DNA from: Octopus vulgaris
Taxonomy: Eukaryota
Reading direction: 5' to 3'
Length of the DNA: 64,000 nucleotides
Assembly (NCBI GenBank): GCA_951406725.2
Contig: OX597823.1
Span: forward strand, 96,348,001-96,412,000
The stretch's first letter is position 1. Every line of letters begins with the position of its first letter. The position numbers and the translations under genes are program-made. Shown here piece after piece: positions 1-13,320 of this stretch. The notes beneath the pieces were generated by a model that was given only the letters and a program-made list of their open reading frames with translations, had not been told where the DNA came from and did not search any database.

Positions 1-290
1 GTCGTCTCTCTTGCACACCATATCCAATACCTCTTATGTCCAACCTTTCTCACAAGATGTTCACACTTGGTCATACATGCACATTGACATTGCACATCCA
101 GCAAAGCATGCTGGCTTCATTTCTTTCAAGCCTACACATGTCCTCAGCTCTCACAGCCCATGTTTTGCTGATGTGTAGCATCACTATTCACAAACAGTTA
201 TCATACAATCTAACTTTCACTCTGAGAGAGAGGCCCTTTGTTGCTGCAGAAGTAGGAGCTCCCTGAAATTTGTCCAGCCTATTCTTATTC
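1..290 (-). mobile_element. Degenerate RTE-type LINE fragment (post-RT region)
   Basis: Minus strand reads ...KTWAVRAEDMCRLERNEASMLCWMCNV..., resembling the ETW...L...E..MLRWM motif. Confidence 0.6.
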
Positions 291-699
291 TAGTAGTTAC
301 ACTCTTGGAGCATCCACGTCCACTAGATAATGGAAGCTATCTACTAACTCTAGCTTACCCGCCTGACAATTCATGGCGTTTATTTTTTGTACATTTTCAG
401 TGTTATTTCTACATTGTGCACCTTCCACACAAAAACTATTTTCTCAGTTCACCTGCCTCTCATATTGCTGCACCTTCTATATGCCCAAAACTTTCACTGG
501 GTACCTCTTATGGAGTTTCTACCTACGTCTTTACTGTAGATAGAGTAGGGTCCTCTAGCTGAAGGGATTTGTAATATCTCTGCACTCCTACTTATTAAGA
601 CATTGGTTTTTGCTAGATTAACTCTTAAGACCCATTGATTCTATACCTTGCCTCTATGCCTTATTTATAGCTGCTTATGCGGTTTATCTTATTCATAAC

Positions 700-1720
700 C
701 CTTTTATGACGTTTATCTTGTTTATAGCTGCTTATGAGGTTTAGATCATTTCCAGGTAGAATGTGGAGGACTTCATGCATTACTTTATCAACGCTTTCAT
801 TCCGAGGTGTTACAATAGCTCTCTCTGCGAACCATGGAATGATTTTGAAGTTGTCTTGCAATGTGGGAAATACCTCTTCTTTAAGCTCGTCCAATGTAGA
901 CACCATGTGCCCACATTACAGTACATGCTACTGCAGCGTGTTATTCAAAGGTAAGGTGCCATTTCCAGAAGTTGAAAGAATTCTTCAGCTAAGGGGTCGT
1001 TGTAGAGATGAGTTTGCATATTGTTGCTTAATGAAAGCTGACAAATAAACCTCCACAGAGGTGAAAACTTCAGACATGCATAGATGTCGTCAGCTTGCGT
1101 ACCCCGTGGTATGACTGGTAATATTTGACAGAAATCTTCTGCGAGGACAACAATTAAGTTCACCCACCCACCCAATAACGGCAGTATTGTTTCTAATATC
1201 CCTTAGTGACCCATACAGGGCTTCTGGTGCACCATGGCGTACCATCGTGCATTCATCCAGATAATAATTGTAGTTTAGACCAGAACTTCTGACGTCGGTG
1301 ATTGTTTTGAAATATTACACATTTGGGCATCGTTGAAGTGAGTTTTCTTGAGCACGAATAGAGGCAGTTTTCTTTGCGGCCCTTGTCTGTGGAGATAAAT
1401 GAGAATGTTTTCGTTTTGGTGGCATAGATGAAAAGAGAGAACGATTAAGGAACATATAATATGGAAGACATAGCAGTTTGAAGTTGTGCATTGTAGAATT
1501 GGATTTTTTATTAACGAATGAAAAGAAGTGGGAAAATGCATATATCAATTTGTATGACGTTATTATGAGAAGAAGCGGTACTCTGTGAATGATTTGGCTA
1601 TGTTCTGTCTTGATAAGCGTAATGCATTCTGTTAGCTGATATATAGTGGAATGGATTACTGGTGTAATGGAAGTTATTTTTTGTCCAGAAGTGAAGTGGT
1701 TGGGGCAGGGTACAATTTGC
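700..1720 (-). mobile_element. Helitron Rep/helicase relic (PIF1-like helicase plus N-terminus), internally deleted
   Basis: Fragments VLAEDFCQILPVIPRGTQADDIYACLKFSPLW (the GDFRQILPV motif) and WFAERAIVTPRNESVDK, plus an MPPKRK... N-terminus. Stops and frameshifts present. Confidence 0.8.
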
Positions 1721-2290
1721 ATGAAAGTGATTTATGTTCTTAAGAAGGATCACAAACCGTTTCATGGAATAAAAAGGGGTTAATATGATTTTGTCCCTAG
1801 AAATCATGTTTTCAAAATTATAATTTCCCACCACCCCACCGAAATTTTCTAATTTTTAACTGTTTTTTCGAATTGTGTTTTTTATGCACGTGGAAAAACA
1901 CAGATTACGAATGTGGAAAATATAATTTGCTTTTGAAAATTTAATTTTTCTGAAAGAAATATTGAATATTCCCCCACCCTGGCTACCCATCAGCTACCCG
2001 CTTTCAGGCGAAATGCAAATCTCTTGTATGGAAAACAGAAATGTGAGTAAATTGAGGAAATAAATAAGAGGGGTGGGGGCATACAGATATCATCTAAGAC
2101 ATGCTAGAAACAACAGGTAAAGGACAGGGTTTCTGAGATAACTTCCTTGTAAGTTTAAATGGAAGATCAGGTTTTGCAATACGCTCCTCACGAACAGGAA
2201 CAACAGAATAAGAAAAGGTAATTTCCATAGGATTTCAGCTGTAACTTAGCGAACAGTAAAAAGAAATAACATAATTCATACAGAACTTTA

Positions 2291-2365
<75 letters not shown>

Positions 2366-2417
2366 GCGTGCGTGCGTGCGTGTGTGTGCCAAAGGAAGTT
2401 ATTTTGGCAAATTTTTG

Positions 2418-3360
2418 CATCTTGTGAGTCTTTCAGAAATTCTATTAATAATTTTCTTATTCTTCCACAGAAGAGACAGAGATCCCTCGGAGCAAAGACG
2501 AGACCTAGAAATCATATTGAATGGTTTCGCGTGCCTTGCTATGGGCCAACTTATGCTGTACTAAGTCGCCATACAAAATCGGCCAAAGATATTGAATGTC
2601 TCGTACTGGTTACGATAACGATTCTTAAATGAATCAGCTGTCTGCCCAATGTACGGCCTTCCCCTTGTGTGCACGGTGAATTTATATACAAGATTTGTAC
2701 TCATGCAGAGATTCATCAATGGACATTTTGATTTTTCTCTGCATGAGCATTTATCGTATTTATTTGTATACAAGTCAGTTCCGACTCCGTTTACCGATGC
2801 TGTTAACATGCTGGCTGTATCATAAGTATTTCTACTACTACAAATTGGTCGTAGTTGGTGTTTATCATTACGGTTTACATCTCCTTTGTTAATATTTAGA
2901 TGCGTATGATCCAGTTGGTGGGTTATTGAACCTTTGTCACATTTTGGTATTGTTTATGCAATGCATAAGTTGCTCTAAGACAATCAGAGACATTCAACAT
3001 CTTTGGCCTGTTTTGTATGGCGACTGAAGGATGATAAAAGTAAGTGCAGCATAACCTGGTTCGTAGTAAGACACGCAAAACCATACAATATAATTCCTAG
3101 GAAGTGCCGTCTCTGCCCCAGGGATCCTTGTCTATTCTCTGGCAAACAACGGAAGGAAGAACCAGGAGAGGAAGGAGGAAGACGACCTGTATCGACAGCT
3201 TGCTGGAGGATACTGGTATGGAAAGGGTTACAGGAGCTAAGGACCATAATGGAAGATCGAGATGAATGGGGAAAACGTGTGGAAACAGTGTTGGAGTATA
3301 CTGTGGGACGACCTAGATAGATAATGTGAAGATCATTATTTCTGAAAGACTCACAAGATG
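2418..3360 (-). mobile_element. PLE fragment: GIY-YIG remnant between inverted repeats
   Basis: KCSCREKSKCPLMNLCMSTNLVY...PYIGQTADSFKNRY at 2561-2809. Segment 2418-2600 is an inverted, diverged copy of parts of 2986-3360. Confidence 0.75.
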
Positions 3361-3933
3361 TCAACAATCATATAAACGTACTTTCGCGCAATGTAGTGGG
3401 AATGAATTTTGAGTAACTGTTAATTTATTTTAAGGTATGGACGAATTTAGTTTGCTTTTAACCTCCCCATTGTTATAAACACCAAGTAGCAATTAAACTC
3501 GCTTTTTAATCGTCAGAGCACTAAACCTCACGTGTGCATATGCTCACATTTTCGCGGGCGCTTGTATGAGCAAATGTATACGCGTCATGCAGCTTGCGCG
3601 ATTGCGTTTATACATCCATATTTGTTAACGGTTATTCTTAATACTTTCATCGCTGTATTTCGCGTTCGTTTTTATTTCTGATTCTCTATGTAGATGAAAA
3701 TATTTCCTTCGTCTGACTGCTTTTCTTTCAACACAATAAGAAGATATATTGCGGAACTGTTATTTTAACGAGGTATATCTATTTATCTCCCGTCGAGACA
3801 CATCTGCACCACCGGATGCTCCTGAACCAGTTGTTGAGCGTCCCATTCGTGAAGGATAGATGCTAGATGTGTCGAAACAATTGTCGTTATTAATAATAAA
3901 TTCTCGAATATTCCATCTGCCATTTTTCATTTG

Positions 3934-4039
<106 letters not shown>

Positions 4040-4059
4040 GTATATATATGTGTATATAC

Positions 4060-4092
<33 letters not shown>

Positions 4093-4108
4093 GCAAATGA
4101 AAAATGGC

Positions 4109-4139
<31 letters not shown>

Positions 4140-4383
4140 CATACATATATATACATGTATATATATAAATACATTAAAAGGCTTCCAAATAAAGAAGCGA
4201 GTGCTAGATACACAAAAAGAGGATAAATTCATGAAATGAAATGAAAATCAAAAACGTTTACCATCTCAGCTAATCCTGTACTGCAGTTTCATCTTTTTTT
4301 TTAGCAAATGAATAGAATTTATCTGCCAAGGCCAGAATCGTCAGCAGGAAGCCTTTGTAATCCGATATATATATATGTATGTA

Positions 4384-4416
<33 letters not shown>

Positions 4417-4492
4417 GTATATATATATGTGAATATATATACGTATGTATGCATGCATGTATTTATATATATACATACATACACATACACAT

Positions 4493-4582
<90 letters not shown>

Positions 4583-4589
4583 ATATAAT

Positions 4590-5294
4590 ATATTATAATA
4601 AATGCGAAAACTAATTTCTGTGTGTCAGTGTGTCACACTTCGACCCTCTTTCTCGTTATTACTTGATACTCCTATTATTGCTCATGTTAGGGTGAAGTTG
4701 AGAGTAGGCATAGAGAAGGTAGGAGATTGACGGTTGTGATAGTAATGGGGTGTTAGTAATAGTATGAGCTGTAGTTGTAATAGAGGCGGAGGAGACGGTG
4801 ATGCTGGTGGTAGTGGTGATGCTTGTGGTGGTGGTGCTGGTGCTTGTTGTGGTGGTGGTGGTGATGCTGGTGGTGGTGGACGTGGTGGATGAATGGTGAT
4901 AGTAATGTGAAAGACAATGGGGATGGTAGTGGAGAGGAAGGCTGCGAAGTCAAAGGTATTGATGGTGGTGGCGTGAGAAGTCTGAATGGTGTGTGTATGG
5001 GAGTTGTGGTGGCGACGGTGGTGGTACTGTGATGGTTGAAAACAATCAACTGAAAGCGAGAGAGAAAGAAAGAAGTTAGACAGAAAACAAATTGTACTGA
5101 ACCCCGAATGGGAAGACGAAAAATGTTGTTTATCATGAAGCTCTGCAATAAGTTCCAAGTCGACAAATTATATCATTGTTTTGATGAAAATTGTTCATTG
5201 CTTGAAAAATATTAAAGTTTAATCAAATTTAATATGTACTCAATGCATGAAGTATCATTGTTGGGCCCGATAAAGAGCCCTCCACAGGAGCTAG
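4590..5294 (+). mobile_element. Probable non-autonomous Helitron with internal (GGT)n-rich tract
   Basis: Begins TATAATAAATGCG after a TA array and ends with a GGGC...GCCC hairpin followed by CTAG. Confidence 0.45.
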
Positions 5295-5305
5295 CTTAAA
5301 AGCCG

Positions 5306-5346
<41 letters not shown>

Positions 5347-5663
5347 GAGAAAGTTGGTGTGTGAAAGCACGTGGTTGAATATATAGAAAATAGTAAAAAG
5401 GGAAAAAACTACAGAAGGCTTGTTTTAAAAGGTTAAAAAATATATTTGAGTCATTATGTCAAAAGAATGTTATAAAATTTTTTCATACAGTGACATAGTT
5501 TTTGAAGAAATTACCGGTTTCGTGTTAACTTTTCAAATTTCTCAAAACATCGTCTTATGACTTCGTTATGAAGTGTACAGAAGAGTTCCAGGTAAGTGGA
5601 GGTAATAAGTGATTTCTTCCGGTGTAAGGGAGATAATCGCTTTATATTTCTTGCCTCTTTTAT

Positions 5664-6068
5664 TTAATGGGGTGAGTTTCTCTGTATAAGAATGTTAGAG
5701 TGGTTAAGTTTGGGCTTATATTTTTCAATGAAGAATGTTTCCTTGTTTAGTCTAATTTGTGTTGGTGTTCCAATAGCACATTGATAAAATGCAGAGATTA
5801 AAAATTGTGGTAGTAGTTGCTTTGCGCATTTCTCAATATGCTCACTAAAGGGTATCATTCTGTATTCTGGGAATGCAATCTGTTGTCGATGCAGTGTGCA
5901 TCTATGTCTGAGTGATAGTCCCGTGGACCCCACGTAGTTTTGGTGGCAGCCCGAGCATCTTATGACATAAATTATGTTTTCAGAAGCACAAGTAAAATTA
6001 GATTTGATCTTGAATTTTTGTCCCTCTTTGAAGAGGAATTCTGATCCTTCTAGAAGGTTTGGGCACAA
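5664..6068 (-). mobile_element. PLE GIY-YIG endonuclease domain (Neptune-like), 5'-truncated
   Basis: Uninterrupted FTCASENIIYVIRCSGCHQNYVGSTGLSLRHRCTLH...EHIEKC...RLNKETFFIEKYKPKLN. Flanked by TA arrays, with an HHR-like motif downstream at 5507-5564. Confidence 0.88.
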
Positions 6069-6113
6069 TTTTTAATCTTTCCATTTTATAAATATATATA
6101 TATATATATATAT

Positions 6114-6712
6114 ATTATATAATTAGGGCTTAGTAAAATAAATTACTTTGCCACATACTGAACTTAGTAGAAATAGCAGCCAAAAAAATTTTTTTTTTAG
6201 CCATTTCTACTACTTAAAGAAAATTTCTCTCAGACAATGTTTACTCCAGACAGCTCACGAAGGTATCGTGGTTAAAATATAATGTTTGCTAGATAGACCA
6301 CGTGGGTGGAAGAGGAGTGCAGAAATTTACGCCTGCGCATTTTGAATTTGTTAGCACTGGCAGTTGGAGCTGGTTCATCTGAGGCGACAAGTTCGCCGAT
6401 AGGTAAAGTTCCTTCTTTTTAGTGTTTCCAAATCCAAATTAAGAAATTTTGAGCTGACGAAAGAAATGCTGATTTTATTTGGCTAATCTTGAAACGTTGA
6501 CGTACTCAAACGATCTATGTACTTGTGATATTTTTCTGTATTTACCTCCATACCTTCGTGAGCTGTCTGGAGTAAACATTATCTGAGAGAAATTTTCTTT
6601 AAGTAGTAGAAATGGCTAAAAAAAAAAAAAAAAAAATTTTTTTTGGCTGCTATTTCTACTAAGTTCAGTATGTGGCAAAGTAATTTATTTTACTAAGCCC
6701 TAATTATATAAT
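6114..6712. repeat. Long inverted repeat (arms about 6114-6266 and 6550-6712)
   Basis: Near-identical reverse-complement arms of about 155 bp enclosing the HHR, flanked by TA arrays. Confidence 0.9.
6448..6510 (+). ncRNA. Type I hammerhead ribozyme
   Basis: Stem I TTTGAG/CTCAAA, core CTGACGA, stem II AAGA...TCTT, GAAA, stem III CGT-TG-ACG, cleavage triplet GUA. Confidence 0.85.
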
Positions 6713-6796
6713 GTAATATTTTGAATTCGCCTTAAATGGTCCTTTTACATACTGAACACTTGGTGAAATTGATTAATTAATTTTACCCTCAATTGT

Positions 6797-6840
<44 letters not shown>

Positions 6841-6886
6841 CAAGAATAAATCTCTGAACCATATTTTTTTACAGTAACCGCTCGAC

Positions 6887-7602
6887 AACGTAAGGGGTAT
6901 TAGCCATCTGAATGTGGCTAGCCACTGGGGGGGGGGGGTACTGGTGCTTTTAGCCCCAGGCGATCAACGTCACCAGAAGGACTTTAGACAATATCTCAGT
7001 GCCCTTGTGTTATTTGCAAAGGGAGGTCATCCTCCCTCGAAGACCCGAGTACTACATACGGACTATAGTTTCAAGGTAATTGCCTCTCGTCAACGCATGG
7101 TAAGCACCGGTCTTCGATGAAGGAGTTCCCTTGCAAATAATATATAATGTTTTTCACAGTAACCACTGTCACTGATGTAGAAAAACTGTCTGAAAACAAT
7201 AATAAATCTCTGAACGAGCCACAATCAGATGGCTAATACCCCTTACGTTGTCGAGCGGTTACTGTTTATATCTCGTTCAGAGATTTATTATTGTTTTCAG
7301 ACAGTTTTTCTACATCAATGACAGTGGTTACTGTGAAAAACATTATATATTATTTGCAAGGGGACTCCTTCATCGAAGACCGGTGCTTACCATGCGTTGA
7401 CGAGAGGCAATTACCTTGAAACTATAGTCCGTATGTAGTACTCGGGTCTTCGAGGGAGGATGACCTCCCTTTGCAAATAACACAAGGGCACTGAAATAGT
7501 GTCTAAAGTCCTTCTGGTGACGTTGATCGCCTGGGGCTAAAAGCATCAGTAACCCCCCCCCCCAGTGGCTAGCCACATTCAGATGGCTAATACCCCTTAC
7601 GT

Positions 7603-7603
<1 letters not shown>
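6887..7603. repeat. Long inverted repeat, about 330 bp arms (6887-7218 and 7272-7603)
   Basis: The ORF track shows near-identical peptides on opposite strands. The arms are direct reverse complements with few mismatches. Confidence 0.95.
7392..7434 (+). ncRNA. Minimal hammerhead ribozyme, C3U core variant (second copy on - strand at 7056-7098)
   Basis: ATGCG TTGACGA GAGG-CAATTA-CCTT GAAA CTATAG TC CGTAT, with palindromic stem III ACTATAGT. Confidence 0.75.
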
Positions 7604-7630
<27 letters not shown>

Positions 7631-7633
<3 letters not shown>

Positions 7634-8374
7634 AAACTTATATATAAAGAACGTGAAATTCACGAATTGACAAACACGGAAAAACGGACAGTAATTCAGA
7701 GCCTTCATTCTTCAGTCAGAAACCGATTCATCATGGCAAATTTCGGCTGTTTAATTCTGAGATTTGCTCCGAAAAGGCCAGCCCCAAGGAAAAGCTAAGC
7801 TATGGGCATTAGATTTGCTTGGTAGAAGGAAAGAATGTGACAACCGAGACGAATAGGAAAACAAGAGACGAAGATAAAATTGGAAACAGTAACGAATAAA
7901 AACAGGAATGATACGGGGGCGTCTTACGACTTTGAGACAAAATGAGACAAAACAACTGATCAGCAAGCGTGGGAAGCGGTTACCTTTTCGGTAGAGGACA
8001 CATGTGTTGTACAGGCGGCTGTCAGCAGTGGAATGGCTTAGCAGCAGCAGGTTGCAAGAAGGTGAGAGAGAAAGAGAGAGGGGGATTGAGGATGGCCGAG
8101 AAATGACCAAGAGAGAGAGAGAAAGAAAGAATTAAAGAGGGTGACAGGAAGGGGCGCCAAAATAACTTGGTAAAGAAGCGCCAAAATACCTTGAGGAAGA
8201 AGCAATGGCGGATGATAAAGAGGAGGTTTAAAGTTGAAGACATCGGGCAATAGTGGAGATATGACAAACATAAATGGATTGGTGCACGTACGCTGCGATA
8301 ATATAGAATAAAACTTATATATAAAGAACGTGAAATTCACGAATTGACAAACACGGAAAAACGGACAGTAATTC

Positions 8375-8378
<4 letters not shown>
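7631..8378. mobile_element. Non-coding element bounded by about 70 bp direct repeats; related copy inverted at about 56370-57170
   Basis: ATAAAACTTATATATAAAGAACGTG...GTAATTCAGA occurs at 7631 and 8309. Internal TCTTCAGTCA...TTTCGGCTG...GGCCAGCCC block is also present reverse-complemented near 57000-57085. TA arrays on both sides. Confidence 0.7.
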
Positions 8379-8437
<59 letters not shown>

Positions 8438-8451
8438 TATATACACACACA

Positions 8452-8506
<55 letters not shown>

Positions 8507-8695
8507 AAGAGAGAGAGGGAGAAAGAGTGAGAGTGAGAGATAGAGTGAGAGAGAGTGAGAGAGATAGGCGGATAGAGATACTGATGGAAATATAGATAAA
8601 ACCACTTAGGTTAGATATAGAAAAATTATACATTCATATTTACCTCTAAATAGACAGAAAACAAAGAGTGAAAATATTCCAGTGATTTCTATTCA

Positions 8696-9606
8696 TGGTC
8701 ATCCCATAAATAATACGTTTTTTTCACTTGCATGAATTAAAAGTCGGAGGGGCACGGGATAAACTACCTGCATCAACTTGCTGTAAAAGCAGGTAGAAAT
8801 TTTACCTTCTACTTATTCTTAGTGCAAGTTTTAAAGAGTGCAGTTCGATTTTAACAGTTATTTTTTTCAAAATTATAATGGAAGTGACTAAGGGGCATAT
8901 TTGGTATATTTTGCATTATGAGTTCAAAAAAAGCAACAACACAAAGTGCGGGGAATATTAATACAGTATATGGGGATCAGTCAATAAGCGTAAGCCTGTG
9001 TCAATGGTGGTTTAAGAAATTATGAGCCAGAAGCTACAGCCTAAAAGACGAGCTGCATCCTGGAAGATCTGTAGAGCTCAACGAGGATGTCCTGCAAACC
9101 CTGATGGAACAAAATACCATCATAAGTGTAGAGGAACTAGCAGAGAAGCTTGGATTTGGTCATTCAACCATTCATCGACACCTGCGTGTCATCAGAAAAA
9201 TCAGCAAATTGGGTCAATGGGTTCCTCGTGAACTTTCCGAGTCTAATGCTCAACCAGATACAGCGAGGATGACATTTTAAGGGCTGGAGCAGTTTGAATG
9301 GGAAATGATGCCCCACCCACTATATTCGCCGGACATTGGCCTTTCTGGTTATCATTTATTCCGCAGTCTTCAAAATCATTTCGACGGAAAAAATATGAAT
9401 TCTGTAGACGAGGTCAGTATAGTACTGGAGGAGTATTTTTCGTCACGGAAAAGTGGATTTTGGGAAAGGGGCTTCGCAAGCCTACCAGATAGATGGAAGA
9501 GCATTGTATAAAATGAAGGAGAGAATAATTTAGATTAAAAAAGAACTTTATCTTAATTTTGAGAAATAAAAGAAGTATTAAAAGACACATTATCTGTGGG
9601 GTGGCC
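8696..9606 (+). mobile_element. Degenerate mariner transposon
   Basis: WVPREL and PHPLYSPDIGLSGYHLFRSLQNHF...LPDRW motifs. Diverged TIRs TGGTCATCCCATAAATAAT and ATTATCTGTGGGGTGGCCA. Confidence 0.88.
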
Positions 9607-9829
9607 ATTAACAGAGCAAGGATATTCAACCAGTGGGAGATGCATATAAACATTTGGTAAATCTAGCCTCCGTTTCAGGTTGGAGAGATACAGGCTACGG
9701 CAGAAAGATTGTCCCGATTTGAAAGGTTAATAAAACAAACAAAAAAAACCCCATGAAGTTGCATGAAAAAACTTTGTATTTCTATGAAGTTCATTAAATG
9801 CCAATTTTTTTCTGTTTCAGGTAGTATCC

Positions 9830-10740
9830 ACCATGGCCTGGAGTGGAGAGTATCGTGCATTTGTTGTCGAATAGTTTAAAAACGGTGAATCTGTCGTAAC
9901 GACGCAACATAGCTTCCGAATAGCCTTTGCACTTTATCATCATGATCCCGTACAGGATGGTAAAACAATTCGTTGGTGGGTTTCCAACTTTAGACAAACA
10001 TCAACGGCTTTAAACTGGAAAAGTCCTGGCCGTCCTAGAGCCGCTACAGGGCCAGAAAATATCGTAGCTGTGGCAGCATCAATACAGTAGTCTCCCAAAC
10101 GTTTCGCACGAAAACACGCATCTGCCTTACACATGTCCAATCGAAGTGAACGCAGAATCTTACACGGGTCTATCCGCATGCATCCCTACAAGATAATGGT
10201 TGTATAGAAGTTAAGCGAGACAGATTATGAAACCAACAGCTATTCTGATCTGCAATGATGAAGCGTACATCCATTCATAAACAAAACTTTCGATACTGGT
10301 CAGACAATAACCCATGTGAACTCCACGAACGACCACTCTATAGTGCGAATGTTACCATCTGGTGTGCCATGGGTGGTTTCGGCGTGTAGGGTCCTTATTT
10401 TTTCGATTAGGAAGGTACTACAGTAGCTGTTACATCGAACCGTTATTGTAAACTGCTCGAAAAGTTTCTCTGAAAGTCGTCCAGTTACTCGCCGATCATG
10501 ACCCGGATGATCTATGGTTCCAACAAGAATGTGTCACATCGCATACCTCTCGACGTTCACTCGGAGTCCTCCATGACATGTTTCCGCGTCATCTTGTTTC
10601 TATGCCAGGTGATCTTGGGTGCCCCCCACCAGGTTCCCTGGATTAAACCCCATGTAATTTTTTTCTGTGGAGGTACCTCAAATCACGAGTGTATCAACAC
10701 TGGCCAGCAACTGTAGAAGATTTAAAGGCAACAATAACTG
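9830..10740 (+). mobile_element. Degenerate Tc1/mariner-superfamily transposase (rosa/DD41D-like)
   Basis: Pseudo-translation gives PGRPRAATGPENI, HPYKI, NFRYWSDNNP.ELHERPLYS..VTIWC, GPYFF and LWFQQ, with multiple stops. Confidence 0.72.
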
Positions 10741-12208
10741 TAGGTAAAAGTCCTTCTATGGTGGACATCCCAAGAAAAAGACGCGAACATATCAACATTC
10801 AGTAACAGAATGGTAGCAGAGGTGGCTGTTAATCGGTAAAAGTAAAGAAAAGAAATATGTATTTCTTTACTACCCACAAGGGGCTAAACATATAGGGGAC
10901 AAACAAGGACAGACAAACGGATTAAGTCGATTACACCGACTCCAGTGCGTAACTGGTACTTAATTTATCGACCCCGAAAGGATGAAAGGCAAAGTCAGAA
11001 AGACGGGTGTATAGAGTGAGGTAAGGGGGATTTTAAGGATTGGCTAATGATAAAGTAATGTGTATATGTGTATGGTGTCTAAGAATTGTGTATGGGGTAG
11101 CTGAGAAGATAAGAGAGAGGATGAGGAGGTAGAGGAAGATAGGGTAAAAAAAAAAGTAGGGTAAAAAAAATAGAACGAAATAAAAGGAATTTAAAGAGAG
11201 TAGTAGATATCCGGTAGTTACAAAGTCTAAAGTTGCTGGGAAGGAAATTTAGTAGTAATTGCTTATGTCCATCCTGGCTAAGGTCAGTGGCAGTAGAGTT
11301 ATTTTTAGCAATGGGGCTGTATGTGTGTAGGTGGTCGAGAAAAGAAGAGCTAGTTGAATATTAAATTATTTATGAGTGGGAGTTTGAGTCAGGGGTTTAT
11401 ATTAGGGAATTTTGAGGGTTAAGGTTTAAAATAAATTAAGGATGAATTAAAGAATTAATATTCATCTTATAGTATGATGAAGTACGGTAGATATGTGGGA
11501 AGATATAAGAGAAGTAAGAGTTATAGAGATATAGAAGGGGTATGTGTTAATGATCATAGGGGTATGTATGTGGGTGCTATTAGTGGTGGAGTGAGCTTAC
11601 ATATAGATTTATGAAAGAATTTAAAAGTGCCGAAGAATTTGTGCTTACACGTAGTGAAGGCCTCGTTGTATTTATTAAGCAATTTTGGTGAGTTGTGGGT
11701 CAGAATTTTGAGAGCTTTTTTTAAGCAAAGTCTACAATTAGAGTGTTGGCCCTGATAAAGGGTACGCGAGTCTATCATAGCCTAGGAAAGTTAATGATGT
11801 ATTTTTCTATTAATTAGATGGTGTATGTGGCTGACTAGTGATGTAGAATAACTATTCTCTTTATATTTAAACGAGTTTAAATGTGCATAATACCTTTGTT
11901 TAAAATTGGTGCAAGAACCAATGTAGTGGCTACAGGAATTATTTACCATGTTGTGAACAGTGCATCAGTATACGACGTTGAATCTTCTGCATTGGGCTTG
12001 CAGGGGGCAATCTGTCCTGGGACTGAAGTTGCAGTTATCGGTTCTATGATGGTTAATTGGAAAGAGAGAGAGGGGGGGAGGGGAGAGAGAGAGAGAGATG
12101 TGGTAGTGCTGGTAGTAGCTAGGGTGGTATTAGGTGAATCGATCGTAATATTGCTGTCGTTTCTAGTATCGATATCAATGCGAGCATTACCATGATTATT
12201 ATTATTAT

Positions 12209-12749
12209 TGAGTGAGAGAGCAGTTCATGCCATCAAAGTGACACTGGGGTAAAATATACGAAGCCCAGCATACCCATCATGACTACCCGTCTGATAAGGG
12301 TACACCAGGCACATGCATCACAACCATATGTGCGCGACATGTTGATCTCATATCAAGATAAACAACACATGACCTTGCAGGTGGGGCCCAGTTAGAATAT
12401 TCTTCTGGTCGAGTAGCCCATCCTGCTCAAAAGGTCCCTGAATAAGGGTTACTTTAGGATGATGAACGAAACACCCATGTTTCCAGAGGTGAATTATTCA
12501 AACCCCAAAGAATCCCTCTCAACACATGGCTATTATGCTCCCCCGCTACTTCTGCTCGTGATCAGAGATGCACATATCGTCAGCCACTAAGGGACATGCT
12601 CAACTGGTTATGGTCAAACAACTGACAAGCAAATCTGTGGTATTGAGCAGAATATTTGCTGTAGCCCATCTTTTATACCAAGACAAAACAATGTACATGA
12701 TAACACTTCCAATCAGTTAAGGTCAGAAGCCATGAGAGCCACTGCCTAT

Positions 12750-12750
<1 letters not shown>
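12209..12750 (-). mobile_element. Non-coding retroposon with (TAA)n tail; second copy 48745-49187
   Basis: Two highly similar copies (GTGAGAGAGCAGT...CCATCAAAGTGACACTGGGG...), both embedded in TAT/TAA/TAC arrays. Confidence 0.8.

Positions 12751-13320
<570 letters not shown>

Noticed and set aside
6914-7708. Duplicated small protein gene on both strands
   Set aside because: It is a by-product of the inverted repeat, with no recognisable domain.
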